A stretch of 63,970 bases of DNA, counting the filler, from Craspedostauros australis (Eukaryota): NCBI GenBank assembly GCA_030167865.1. It is 12 parts of 12 records of this genome, joined end to end, with 100 filler letters (N's around TTAATTAATTAA, not from the genome) between each part and the next. Parts side by side here need not be neighbours in the genome. Positions count along the whole stretch, not along the records: positions 1 to 1,313 come from JALAGF010002437.1; positions 1,414 to 3,144 come from JALAGF010002438.1; positions 3,245 to 4,751 come from JALAGF010002439.1; positions 4,852 to 6,003 come from JALAGF010002440.1; positions 6,104 to 7,319 come from JALAGF010002441.1; positions 7,420 to 8,572 come from JALAGF010002442.1; positions 8,673 to 14,114 come from JALAGF010002443.1; 5 more parts are not named here. The stretch is one strand, 5' to 3'. The notes under the pieces are model-generated. The model had not been told where the DNA came from. It did not search any database and saw only the letters and a program-made list of their open reading frames with translations. The position numbers and the translations under genes are program-made. Positions 1-11,300 of this stretch are shown one piece after another. Numbering within the stretch: position 1 is the first letter of the stretch; each line of letters begins with the position of its first letter.

Positions 1-1313
1 AAAGACAACGATGGTTCCACTCCCCTTCATCGGGCATGTCGCAACGGCAAGCGGGAGTGTGCGAAGTACCTCATCGAATCATGCAGGGCCGACGCCAACT
101 GCAAAGACAATGATGGTTCCACTCCCCTTCATTGGGCATGCCCCAACGGCCAGTTGGAGTGTGTGAAGTACCTCATCGAATCATGTGAGGCTAACATCAA
201 CTGCAAAACCAAGGATGGTTCCACTCCCCTTCATGTGGCATGCCCCAACGGCCACCTGGAATGTGTGAAGTACCTCATCCAATCATGTGAGGCAGACATC
301 AACAGGAAAGACAACAATGGAAACACTCCCCTTCATGTGGCATGCCCCAACGGCCACCTGGAGTGTGTGAAGTACCTCGTCGAATCATGTGAGGCAGACA
401 TCGACTGGAAAGACAACAATGGTTGGACTCCCCTTCATCATGCATGCCGCAACGGCCAGCTGGAGTGTGTGAAGTACCTCATTGAATCATGTGAGGCGGA
501 CATCAACAGGAAAGACAACAATGGAAACACTCCCCTTCATCACGCATGCCACAACGGCCAGCTGGAGTGTGTGAAGTACCTCGTCGAATCATGTGAGGCA
601 GACATCAACTGGAAAGACAACAATGGAAACACTCCCCTTCATCATGCATGCCGCAACGGCCAGCTGGAGTGTGTGAAGTACCTCATTGAATCATGTGAGG
701 CGAATATCAACTACGAAGACAACGATGGTTCCACTCCCCTTCATCACGCATGCTTCAACGGCCAGCTGGAGTGTGCGAAGTACCTCATTGAATTATGCAG
801 GGCTGACATCAACTGGAAAGACAACGATGGTTCCACTCCCCTTCATCGGGCATGTCGCAACGGCAAGCGGGAGTGTGCGAAGTACCTCATCGAATCATGC
901 AGGGCCGACGCCAACTGCAAAGACAATGATGGTTCCACTCCCCTTCATTGGGCATGCCCCAACGGCCAGTTGGAGTGTGTGAAGTACCTCATCGAATCAT
1001 GTGAGGCTAACATCAACTGCAAAACCAAGGATGGTTCCACTCCCCTTCATGTGGCATGCCCCAACGGCCACCTGGAATGTGTGAAGTACCTCATCCAATC
1101 ATGTGAGGCAGACATCAACAGGAAAGACAACAATGGAAACACTCCCCTTCATGTGGCATGCCCCAACGGCCACCTGGAGTGTGTGAAGTACCTCGTCGAA
1201 TCATGTGAGGCAGACATCGACTGGAAAGACAACAATGGTTGGACTCCCCTTCATCATGCATGCCGCAACGGCCAGCTGGAGTGTGTGAAGTACCTCATTG
1301 AATCATGTGAGGC
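1..1313 (+). CDS. Ankyrin-repeat protein, internal fragment (about 13 near-identical 34-aa/102-bp repeats), open at both contig ends
   Basis: Frame open from base 1 (KDNDGSTPLHRAC...). Repeated TPLHxACxNGxLECVKYLIESCEADINxKDxxG units. Bases 1-497 read identical to 817-1313. Confidence 0.93.
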
Positions 1314-1413
1314 NNNNNNNNNNNNNNNNNNNNNNNNNNNNNNNNNNNNNNNNNNNNTTAATTAATTAANNNNNNNNNNNNNNNNNNNNNNNNNNNNNNN
1401 NNNNNNNNNNNNN
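1314..1413. other. Artificial contig spacer N44-TTAATTAATTAA-N44 (also at 3145-3244, 4752-4851, 6004-6103, 7320-7419, 8573-8672, 14115-14214, 32795-32894, 34343-34442, 61187-61286, 62812-62911)
   Basis: Identical 100-bp structure with a six-frame stop linker, occurring 11 times. Confidence 0.98.
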
Positions 1414-2234
1414 GCCTCACATGATTCAATGAGGTACTTCACACACTCCAGCTGGCCGTTGCGGCATGCATGATGAAGGGGAGTCCAACCATTGTTGTCT
1501 TTCCAGTCGATGTCTGCCTCACATGATTCGACGAGGTACTTCACACACTCCAGGTGGCCGTTGGGGCATGCCACATGAAGGGGAGTGTTTCCATTGTTGT
1601 CTTTCCTGTTGATGTCTGCCTCACATGATTGGATGAGGTACTTCACACATTCCAGGTGGCCGTTGGGGCATGCCACATGAAGGGGAGTGGAACCATCCTT
1701 GGTTTTGCAGTTGATGTTAGCCTCACATGATTCGATGAGGTACTTCACACACTCCAACTGGCCGTTGGGGCATGCCCAATGAAGGGGAGTGGAACCATCA
1801 TTGTCTTTGCAGTTGGCGTCGGCCCTGCATGATTCGATGAGGTACTTCGCACACTCCCGCTTGCCGTTGCGACATGCCCGATGAAGGGGAGTGGAACCAT
1901 CGTTGTCTTTGCAGTTGATGTTCGCCCCCCATGATTCGATGAGGTACTTCACACACTCCAATTGGCCGCTGTAGCATGCGTCATGAAGGGGAGTGTCACG
2001 ATGGTTGGTCTTGCAGTTGATGTTCGCCCCACATGATTCGATGAGGTATTTGGCACACTCCAGCTTGCCGTACATGCATGCATAATGAAGGGGAGTCCGA
2101 CCACTCCAGTCTGTAACCTTGTTGACATCAACTCCTTCATTCTGCGTCTTGTTCTGCTTCTTCCATTCCTTCAACACCGACAAGTTGCCTGTCTTGGCAG
2201 CACCAAGGAGTTGGTCGTCTGTGACATTCGGCAT
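1414..2234 (-). CDS. Ankyrin-repeat protein, N-terminal part (MPNVTDDQLL...), continuing into the array seen in 1-1313
   Basis: ATG at 2234 aligns with the start of the paralog at 60129 (MPSVSNKQLLSAA). 1414-1910 is the reverse complement of 817-1313 and of 1-497. Confidence 0.9.
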
Positions 2235-2490
2235 GTTGAGAGGATGGTCGATGCTTGTTGGACGATTGACGTTGAACGATTGGCGTTGGATTGGCTGTCG
2301 AGGAAGTGTGTTGTCTGAGCTATCTACTATGAGGCAGAGATATCGATGGTGTGTCTTCAATAGCTTGTAGTAGTACGCGTATCATACACTGCGTGATGAA
2401 TAGTAGTATGAGTGGCAATCCGATGTCTGTTGTTGATGTGCTCGAGTATGGGGTTGAGTGGTGTGTGTTGTTGTCTTGTTCGCATGGTCC

Positions 2491-2660
2491 TCTCCTTCTC
2501 TTGATCGCACCCTCTGGTTCGTGTGGTTTGGATCCTTCTCTTGATCGCACCCTCTGGTTCGTGTGGTTTGGATCCTTCTCTTGATCGCACCCTCTGGTTC
2601 GTGTGGTTTGTCTCCTTCTCTTGATCGCACCCCTCTCTGGTTCGTGCGGCTTGGATCCTC
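2491..2660. repeat. 40-bp minisatellite, about 4 copies (ccttctcttgatcgcaccctctggttcgtgtggtttggat)
   Basis: Period of 40 visible at 2501/2541/2581/2621, with no unique spacers. Confidence 0.92.
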
Positions 2661-3063
2661 CTGTTCTCATCCATCACGAGTATGTACTACTACTTCTACG
2701 ACTAGTGTCTTTTGGCTTGGGTGGAGGCCAATTTTTTTGGTAACCATTGGTAACAATTGGTAACTAGTCGCATGAGTCAATTTTGACGTAGACGCTGGTG
2801 CATTTTGTACGTCAGTCCCACTCGAAGCGGCCCAAAAAACACCTTTTCTGCCACAAACCTCCTCGGCAAGTGCATGCCGCTCCTTTTGTTTGAGCTCTCC
2901 TTTTGTGATCATTCGCATGTGTGGCTTTTAATCACCCTCTCCAAGTTTGGCGGCGATTGGATGGGTAGTTGTCTAGATCTGCTCGTTTCTCTGGGGCCAC
3001 CACTCCATATTGTCATTCACGAATGCCAATCACCGCGATGTATCGTGGCGAATTTTGTGTACC

Positions 3064-3087
3064 CCACCGCGTGTTAACACGCGGTGG
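3064..3087. repeat. Perfect 24-bp palindrome CCACCGCGTGTT/AACACGCGGTGG
   Basis: Direct reading: the second half is the exact reverse complement of the first. Confidence 0.9.
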
Positions 3088-3244
3088 AAATGATCACAAA
3101 ACAATGTGATACCAACCGATGTGTTCCTCACATGCCATGATCAGNNNNNNNNNNNNNNNNNNNNNNNNNNNNNNNNNNNNNNNNNNNNTTAATTAATTAA
3201 NNNNNNNNNNNNNNNNNNNNNNNNNNNNNNNNNNNNNNNNNNNN

Positions 3245-4751
3245 CATGATACGCCCTTATCTTGTCGATCAGAGGACACTCGTCTCGCTCGATCACCATG
3301 TTGCCGTACTTCTGCATCATCTCAAACTTGCTGCTCACGTACGCGCACTCCGCGGCTGATGTGAAGAGCTGGAGGGTCATGTCGTAATGTGTTCTCCAGT
3401 GGTCGGGCGGCATCATGCCGATGGTGCTTTGGAAGTACTGGAATGCTACTCGGAAGGCTGCATGCGATGCGGCGACAGTTCCAGCCTCGAAGTTGAGCAT
3501 TGCGATCCTGAAGCGCCTTGTTTGGGTGATGTCGATGTCTTCTTTTGACGGCGACGACGACGATGATGACGACGATGAGGATGGGTACTGCGGGACCATA
3601 TCCAAACGGGCGTTGAGGAGATTCACCACAACGAACATTGAANCCTCGNAGTCTTCTTCTGATAGCCGATCCATCAAGATGATTCCGATGCGATNCTGGA
3701 GCTCCAGAAGGTGCATCTTCGATGGGATCATTCCCAATGCCGCCTCCTGCACCTTGTCGTGAATGAAGGAGTACTCGGATGCGGCAGACACCTGTGCTGG
3801 TGATGTCATGGGCGATGCCGGCGATGTGGACTGAGGAGTAGAGCTGCTCCCGTTGCCGTTACCGTTGCCGTTGCCGTCGTCGGCAATGCTACCGCCAGCA
3901 TGAGACTCAATCAGTCCCTCCGCCTCATAGGTATTCAGGATGTCCACCCATTCCTCCTCGCTTGCCGGTGGCGGTCCATGAANNNNNNNNNNNNNNNNNN
4001 NNNNNNNNNNNACCCCATCCATCGCATCATCCTCCACGAATCCCTGCAGCACCGTCCGCAATAGCGACCACGAAAATGTGGATCCCAAGCAGGCGCCCAG
4101 CGGTAGTAAGTACTGCGCCGTGTCGATCTGCTGCAGCTTGAGTTCCATCAGCTCCGCCACGTTGATGGATGCCGGGGTCTCCTGTTTGATCCGGTTGTTG
4201 TCCCACAGCCACTTCATCGATGCGATATTGTAGAACAGGAGTTCGTCCTTGACCAGCATCCGAATGAACTGTTGGACGAAGAAGACGTTCCCATCGGTCT
4301 TCTTGAAGACTATTTCTGCCAGTCCGTAGCTGCTGTCGCTTCTGTTGCTGTCGCGCTCAGCATCATTGCCATCGCCATCGTCATCGTCGTTGTAGATTCC
4401 CAACAGCTGCTTGAGCATGGTGTGCACGTTGTCTAGTGACAGATTGTTGACCTCCAGATCGACGTACCGGATGAAGCGCTCCTGTCGCATCTTCTGGATA
4501 GACGCCAGTATCTGGCCAACTGCGTTAGCTGCGCTGGACGTGGCCACAGAGTCCAAATCGGAGCCTTGGACGTTCCCATTGCTGATAGTACCATTTCTGA
4601 CTCCTTCCATGTCGACGAGGTTGGATCGGAAGCAGATGATAACCATGAGAGAGGAGATGGTGATATCCAACACCCATGACTCGATCATGTTGAGCGACTC
4701 CTTGTCTGCCCATTGGACATCGTCGGAAACCCACACAAGGGGGCAGTAGGC
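3245..4751 (-). CDS. AAA/STAND-type ATPase signalling protein (AAA_16-like, family expanded in diatoms), internal fragment
   Basis: Walker-B-like DDVQWAD, KKTDGNVFFVQQF, FIHDKVQEAA, then helical TPR-like region (AAFRVAFQYF...WRTHYDMTLQLF...AECAY). Open at both ends with an internal N gap. Confidence 0.85.
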
Positions 4752-4851
4752 NNNNNNNNNNNNNNNNNNNNNNNNNNNNNNNNNNNNNNNNNNNNTTAAT
4801 TAATTAANNNNNNNNNNNNNNNNNNNNNNNNNNNNNNNNNNNNNNNNNNNN

Positions 4852-6003
4852 TCGAATCTGGACTTCTTGTGCCTTCGCATAGGGTAGGTGATCACTGCCC
4901 GCATGAGTTGTGTGGTTCTGGCGAGGGTCTGCTTGATCACGTGCGTGGGTAGGTACCCGAGGTACGGTCGGATCTTGTGAAGATCGATGGACTTCCATTT
5001 NNNNNNNNNNNNNNNNNNNNNNNNNNNNNNNNNNNNNNNNNNNNNNNNNNNNNNNNNNNNNNNNNNNNNNNNNNNNNNNNNNNNNNNNNNNNNNNNNNNN
5101 NNNNNNNNNNNNNNNNNNNNNNNNNNNNNGTGGTATTCAGGTGCGCTTCGCGGGTCTCCCCGGTGGGTGTCAACACGTGTTGCCTTGGTCACGCCGATTT
5201 CGTTGGGGATGCGAAATGTTTCCCGATTTCTCCGGAACGCCGGTTCAGATCCTACCGAGTGTAAGGATGAGATGACGCTGTTTGCCTCGTCATCCGGGTC
5301 TGATACCTTTGTCGATGGAACGTTGGTTGACCCGGTGTATCCCTTTTGGTCCGTTCCTACCACGTTGGCTTCGCGATCGATGCCCAGCTCCCTGTATAGG
5401 TGGTCGATGTCTCCCGCTGAGAGATTGTCCACCATGTCGAAAAGGGTACCTTGGATCGAGATGGCAGTGTCGGTAGCCGATTTCGCGAATGTTACTGTGT
5501 CAATTGCATGTGACATTCCGATGAGCTCCTCGAGGCTTAGGGTGTCAAGGAATGCGTCCACCTTGGGGTACTCCTGGTGCACACAGTTGAGGTCTCCTGT
5601 GGCGTGCTCAACTGGATGACGGGCGTCGGGTTCCATGGGTTCTCGTCCTTCCATGGGATTGTCCGGGATACCGTCCTTGGCCTGGCGTGTCCCGGGTTCC
5701 ATGGGATCCTTCGATGCGTTGTGGGCGCTTGAATCCATCGCTCCAGCGTCATGCGGTGCATCAGGTTGGTCATTCCAGTCGACTACCTTGTCTCCTCCGA
5801 TTGGGTCCCTGGTAAGGTAGCAACCCATGGGCACGTTGCATACGTGTCCTCCTTGATGATCCGAAGGGTTCCATCCGTGCTTTGGGGTGATGTCATAGGT
5901 GGGCAGATCCTCATCGTCTTCCATGATGGGGAAGACGTCGAATGTCATCAGCGCGTCTCGCATCTCCAAGTTGATCGTCGTGTCTTCGTCAGGCATTAGG
6001 CAT
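4852..6003 (-). mobile_element. Ty1/Copia (CoDi-like) LTR retrotransposon pol fragment, region upstream of the integrase core
   Basis: LPTYDITPKHGWNPS and IRPYLGYLPTHVIKQTLARTTQL...PMRRHKKSRF resemble motifs recalled from diatom CoDi polyproteins. Confidence 0.75.
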
Positions 6004-6103
6004 NNNNNNNNNNNNNNNNNNNNNNNNNNNNNNNNNNNNNNNNNNNNTTAATTAATTAANNNNNNNNNNNNNNNNNNNNNNNNNNNNNNNNNNNNNNNNN
6101 NNN

Positions 6104-7319
6104 GAAGACGTACGCGGAAAGCCGGTGCGGCATGATGCCGATGCTGCTGGTGTACTTCAGGCGAAGCGCGGCATGCTCCAGGTTGATGACACCATCGGCC
6201 TGCAGCTTCACCACCAGCTGGTCATTCATGGCAAAGACACGGTGACCGTGGGCATTGCGAGGAATGACGGAAGAGGACGGCTGGAACGAACTCAGCGGGC
6301 AAGAGTGCAAGTCCGCACGTGCAGCAGCAGCCTGGAACTGGCCATACCAGTTGAAGATCGCGGTGGGCGAGTCATCCTTGAGGGGCAGACGCCACTTGTC
6401 CCAGGCCTGACCAACACCGTAGTCCAGACGCTCGAGAGCGGGCGGGACCTCGTAGGTACGGTGTCGCCGGAACGCAGGGCTGGCGTTGGCCACAGAGTAG
6501 TCGACTCCAGAGTCAGTGACGTAGTCGAAGTCCTCTGCCGGGAGACGAGGAGTCGTGAAATCGTCAGGCGGTAGAGTACGAGAGTCCACGGCAGGCGCAG
6601 TAGAAGGAGCACCACCGCCAGGAACACCACCATCGCCAGACCCACGAACATCGTCAGGCGGCGGCTCGTCAGCGGGATCGCGAACCTTGGAAATGTCGAC
6701 GACTGCGTCGTCCGCACCAGGGCTGCGCTCGTCATGGCGCGAAGCGATGGAGGCCACCGACGAGGGCACGGAGCGGAATGCGGAAGGGATCGGATTCTCG
6801 AGGCGCATGAATGGACGGAACTCGCGCGCCGAGAGGCTGGTCGCCCAATGCTCGTCGTCTTCGCCAGTCTTCAGGTACCACGCGCGGAGCCGCCACAAGT
6901 GTCGCACATGAAGCGGACTCTTGGCGGACCACGCGCAGAGGCACTCGTGGAATCCATCATCAGGCGCGCAGAGGAGGTCGTAGAGTTCCTCATCCGAGCG
7001 CACCTGAAGATCGGCCATGGCATCCGGGAACCACTTCNNNNNNNNNNNNNNNNNNNNNNNNNNNNNNNNNNNNNNNNNNNNNNNNNNNNNNNNNNNNNNN
7101 NNNNNNNNNNNNNNNNNNNNNNCAGCGGAAGCCATGGTAGAGAGAGGAACGAAGTGCGGAGCGAAGAGAGGGTGACGAGAGGGCATACAGCTCGAAGCCA
7201 GGGAATGAAACGTCCTGAAACGAAGAGCACGAAGAGACGGAGAGGATGTAGTCACAAAAGCGTGAAACAAGCCATAACCTGTCAGTATCTGTACGGGAGG
7301 ATGTGTGTGTGTGTGTGTG
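6104..7319 (-). mobile_element. Probable LTR retrotransposon 5' part: LTR end, putative PBS and gag-like ORF (ATG about 7135)
   Basis: Minus strand reads ...TACTGACA then GGTTATGGC (7284-7271), like a Copia half-tRNA-Met PBS. A long open frame follows with AIFNWYGQFQAAA...PLSSF. Gag identity is inferred. Confidence 0.5.
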
Positions 7320-7419
7320 NNNNNNNNNNNNNNNNNNNNNNNNNNNNNNNNNNNNNNNNNNNNTTAATTAATTAANNNNNNNNNNNNNNNNNNNNNNNNN
7401 NNNNNNNNNNNNNNNNNNN

Positions 7420-8045
7420 CAATGCTGCCGTTGCTGTGATTCTTCTGGTTGTGGCTGTCTCCGCGATTGGGCGATCAATGAGTGAGGAACCAAGTCAACC
7501 AGCTGGCATTGTTCGAAGTCTCTGGAGAGAGTGTTGGTATACGTACTCTGTGGATAGACACTTGATGGCAACGGTGATCATCAGTGAGTTTTGCGGTTGT
7601 GATGATCTGTATCAGTCTTCTGCAGCGATGTCTGCAACAGGAGCACCACCATGGCCATCGTCATCATCATCGCCACAGAACGAATCCTCTCGCACACGCT
7701 CCGTGTTGATGGGAAGACTGATGGTTGATTCATTCGCCACAGAGTTCGCAATGATTGTGTGAGGCGAGATGAGTCCTGGATACGTTTGTTGTCGATTGAA
7801 ACACGAATGGTGTCACCATCGTCATCACCATCGTCACCACCATCGTCATGTTCTCGACAAAACGCTGGAAACGTCTCTGATGTCCGCCAAAGAAGTCATC
7901 GTGGTGGATTCTCCACATCGTGGATCCGCCCATTCTGGTCGTTCCATGACATCCAACGGCCGAAGTACATAGTATGCATTCGTATGGCATACTGGTTGAC
8001 TCCCCCAAGACCATCACAGAGGGATGTGTCTATTCATATTACACG
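7420..8045. repeat. 626-bp segment, reverse complement of 8673-9298 (contig overlap or duplication)
   Basis: Both ends match exactly and the ORF translations on opposite strands are identical. Confidence 0.93.
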
Positions 8046-8453
8046 AACTATGGTATCACATGAAGAGGCACAACTGCACAGCGTGGCCAAGTTGGGCGCG
8101 ATCGAACGTCGTATCGTGCGAGCGAGCGAGCGAGCTAGCCAGCTTCAGATCATGATGTGGCTGTCCACGGTCGTTCCATGCCATACCATACCATACCATA
8201 CACCATGGTGGAACTGCGCAAGTCCATGCAGGCGTGTTGACTGACGGCACGTTGCTTCGTGATGAATGCACAGGATCATGAAATGGAAGAGAGCAACTAA
8301 TTTGGGACTACATACTCTGCCTGCTCTACCAGCTCTACTCGCATGATTGTATCGCCAACAGCAGCAATCAGCAACAATCAACAATAATCAGCAACAATCG
8401 GCATCAGCCGTAACCGAAGCAACAACAGTGACGACAGCGACAACAAGAAAAGG

Positions 8454-8572
8454 ATGAACCGCAACATGGATGATGTCGCGAACGCCAATACCAACAGCGA
8501 TCATGACCCAGACTTCAAGACTTTCTGGAAGCAACTCCATGGAAAAGAGCTGCCACCGAAGACCGTGTTCAC
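8454..8572 (+). CDS. 5' fragment of a second copy of the LRR-like gene (paralog of 11301-12719)
   Basis: MNRNMDDVANANTNSDHDPDFKTFWKQLHGKELPPKTVF versus MNCNMDDVANTNHDPHFEAFWKQLHGKELSSKTVF. Truncated by the contig end. Confidence 0.8.
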
Positions 8573-9318
8573 NNNNNNNNNNNNNNNNNNNNNNNNNNNN
8601 NNNNNNNNNNNNNNNNTTAATTAATTAANNNNNNNNNNNNNNNNNNNNNNNNNNNNNNNNNNNNNNNNNNNNCGTGTAATATGAATAGACACATCCCTCT
8701 GTGATGGTCTTGGGGGAGTCAACCAGTATGCCATACGAATGCATACTATGTACTTCGGCCGTTGGATGTCATGGAACGACCAGAATGGGCGGATCCACGA
8801 TGTGGAGAATCCACCACGATGACTTCTTTGGCGGACATCAGAGACGTTTCCAGCGTTTTGTCGAGAACATGACGATGGTGGTGACGATGGTGATGACGAT
8901 GGTGACACCATTCGTGTTTCAATCGACAACAAACGTATCCAGGACTCATCTCGCCTCACACAATCATTGCGAACTCTGTGGCGAATGAATCAACCATCAG
9001 TCTTCCCATCAACACGGAGCGTGTGCGAGAGGATTCGTTCTGTGGCGATGATGATGACGATGGCCATGGTGGTGCTCCTGTTGCAGACATCGCTGCAGAA
9101 GACTGATACAGATCATCACAACCGCAAAACTCACTGATGATCACCGTTGCCATCAAGTGTCTATCCACAGAGTACGTATACCAACACTCTCTCCAGAGAC
9201 TTCGAACAATGCCAGCTGGTTGACTTGGTTCCTCACTCATTGATCGCCCAATCGCGGAGACAGCCACAACCAGAAGAATCACAGCAACGGCAGCATTGGC
9301 AACAATGACACCAACGAC

Positions 9319-11026
9319 GTGGTTGATGCATCAATAGAGGATGATTGGTGCCATCTACATTGCGTGCATGTTGGTGGCAACGGACTCACTGTCATCATCC
9401 CCGTCATCCTCACTCCAACGCAGAGGCGAAGCAGCAGAAGCAACAGGAATGGGAATGAGAATGAGAATCGTCAACCAATACGGAAGATCGCAATCATCGG
9501 TGGTGGCATCGCCGATCTCTCCTTGGCACATGCCTTCGAGAACAACAACGGCAACGATGCACACAACATTGATGTGATATGCTTCGATGCGACATGCTTC
9601 GATGCGAAACCAGAATTGGACGTCGCCGCAGGTGCGGGTGTGCAGCTTAACGGCGGCATGGCGGTGCTGAAGCAGATCTATCCGTCCCTGCAGCGTGCGG
9701 TGGCCGATGTCGCGCTGCCGTTGACGATCGTGCGGTCCAAGACCACCAACTGGATCTCATTCAACGAGGAGCTCCAGCTGCTGCACTTCAATCTCAGACA
9801 GATGATCATGGACGCGGGCGGCGACACGACGAAGGCGCTGATCCAGGAGGACGGCGAGGTCATGGCGTACCATACTCCATCATGCGAGAAGAGTTGCAGG
9901 AGGCGCTGCTTGAGGAGCTGAAGAAAACGCCCGTGCATCGTGGCAAAGCAAGTGATGAATGTGGAATATGAAAAGATGGAGGCGTGAGATGCCATCCATC
10001 TTGCGTTTGAAGATGGAACGAGAGAAGGGCCGTACTGGCACAATCTGGTGGTGGGCTTTGATGGTGCCAACAACGTCGTCAAGCAGTACATCAACGGCGA
10101 TGTGCGGTCGCCATCAGACAGTCAACGCAATTCTCCAGCTGTGTACTCTGGCATCCGCATCCGGTACGCCGTCCAGGATGTCGCCAAAGAAGACAGCGAC
10201 AACAACAGCGACCGCGGTAGCGACGACGGAACGAACACAACTACACATGATTCCGTCCTGCAGCAACACTTTGGCAACGGCACCTACTGCCTCGCTGGTA
10301 ACTACCGCAGCGGCATCAAGCGCGGCACCACCCGATGCTGCTTCATCGTTTTCCGCAACGCCTTGCTCTTCTCCAAGCCCGCCGTCAGCAAGGATGACGA
10401 GAACGTCACTTGGAAGCCATCATCCAAGGCCGAGCGCATCCAGCAACAGATGTGACAGCAGATCGATGATGCCAAGACCTCCACGCACGCCACAAGGACC
10501 ATCATCGATCGACTCGTCGACAAGGCCGATCGATTCTTCGAGTTGGGGATCTACTTCCACAAACCCTTTGCGCGATGTACGAAGGCGATGATCGCCACCA
10601 CCGGAAATCGCAACCGTGGCTGCAATGGAAGCACTGGCGCAGACAAGATCGCCATCCGTACTGTCTGCGGTGATGCGGCGCACGCCATGCCACCATTCCT
10701 GGGACAGGACGCCAATCAGGCCATCCAAGACGCATGCTTCCTGGTCAACGCCATTCAGCAGTACACCATGCAGTACGATGGACAAGCCAATGGTGGGAAC
10801 AGCCTCAAAGACATCCTGCAGATAGAATGCAAGGACAAGCGATGGTCCACCACCACGGACGTCATGGACATCACGACCATCACGGCCAAGGCTGATTGGT
10901 CTGCTGGGATACCTGGAGGCCTCATCGGGACCGTTGGCCAAGTTCTGGGATGCTTCCTTCTTCGTCATGGACAAGGCGGGCGTCGCGAAGAAGATCTTTC
11001 TGGATGCTGCCGTTCCGAGGATATGA
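9319..11026 (+). pseudogene. FAD-dependent monooxygenase (UbiH/zeaxanthin epoxidase-like FAD_binding_3) pseudogene, copy 1
   Basis: KIAIIGGGIADLSLA (Gly to Asp in the GxGxxG motif), GAGVQLNGG, VGFDGANN and GDAAHAMPPFLGQDANQAIQDA, spread over several frames. In-frame TGA at 10453-10455. Probable original end ...KIFLDAAVPRI* at 11026. 5' boundary uncertain. Confidence 0.88.
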
Positions 11027-11300
11027 GAATGTGTGGAGCAGTGTGAAATCGCGATGTGAAACCGTGATGTGATGCAGATAGGTTCTGTGGACGGCTTTCG
11101 CTTGGTGTTGATGGACCAGCCATACTCGTACGATCTCGACATTCCATACTTCTCACCAACCACAACACGCAGACATAGTCATAATCACAAGTGAACACCT
11201 CCCAATCAATCAATCAACCAACCATCTCCCTTTTTCATCCTACTTGCACAGCAACACACTCACATGCACCAGAGTATCAATACTGTCTTCATGAGCTGTT

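Noticed and set aside
1358..1369. Recurrent TTAATTAATTAA as a biological motif or piggyBac target
   Set aside because: Always centred in an N44/N44 spacer, so it is a six-frame-stop linker.
817..1910. Apparent large inverted repeat or hairpin around the first N gap
   Set aside because: Produced by placing two overlapping contigs in opposite orientation across an artificial spacer.
2491..2660. CRISPR-like array
   Set aside because: Contiguous 40-bp tandem units with no unique spacers, no cas genes, and a eukaryotic context.
7420..9298. Inverted duplication or invertible segment
   Set aside because: The two 626-bp copies lie at the ends of different contigs, consistent with assembly overlap.
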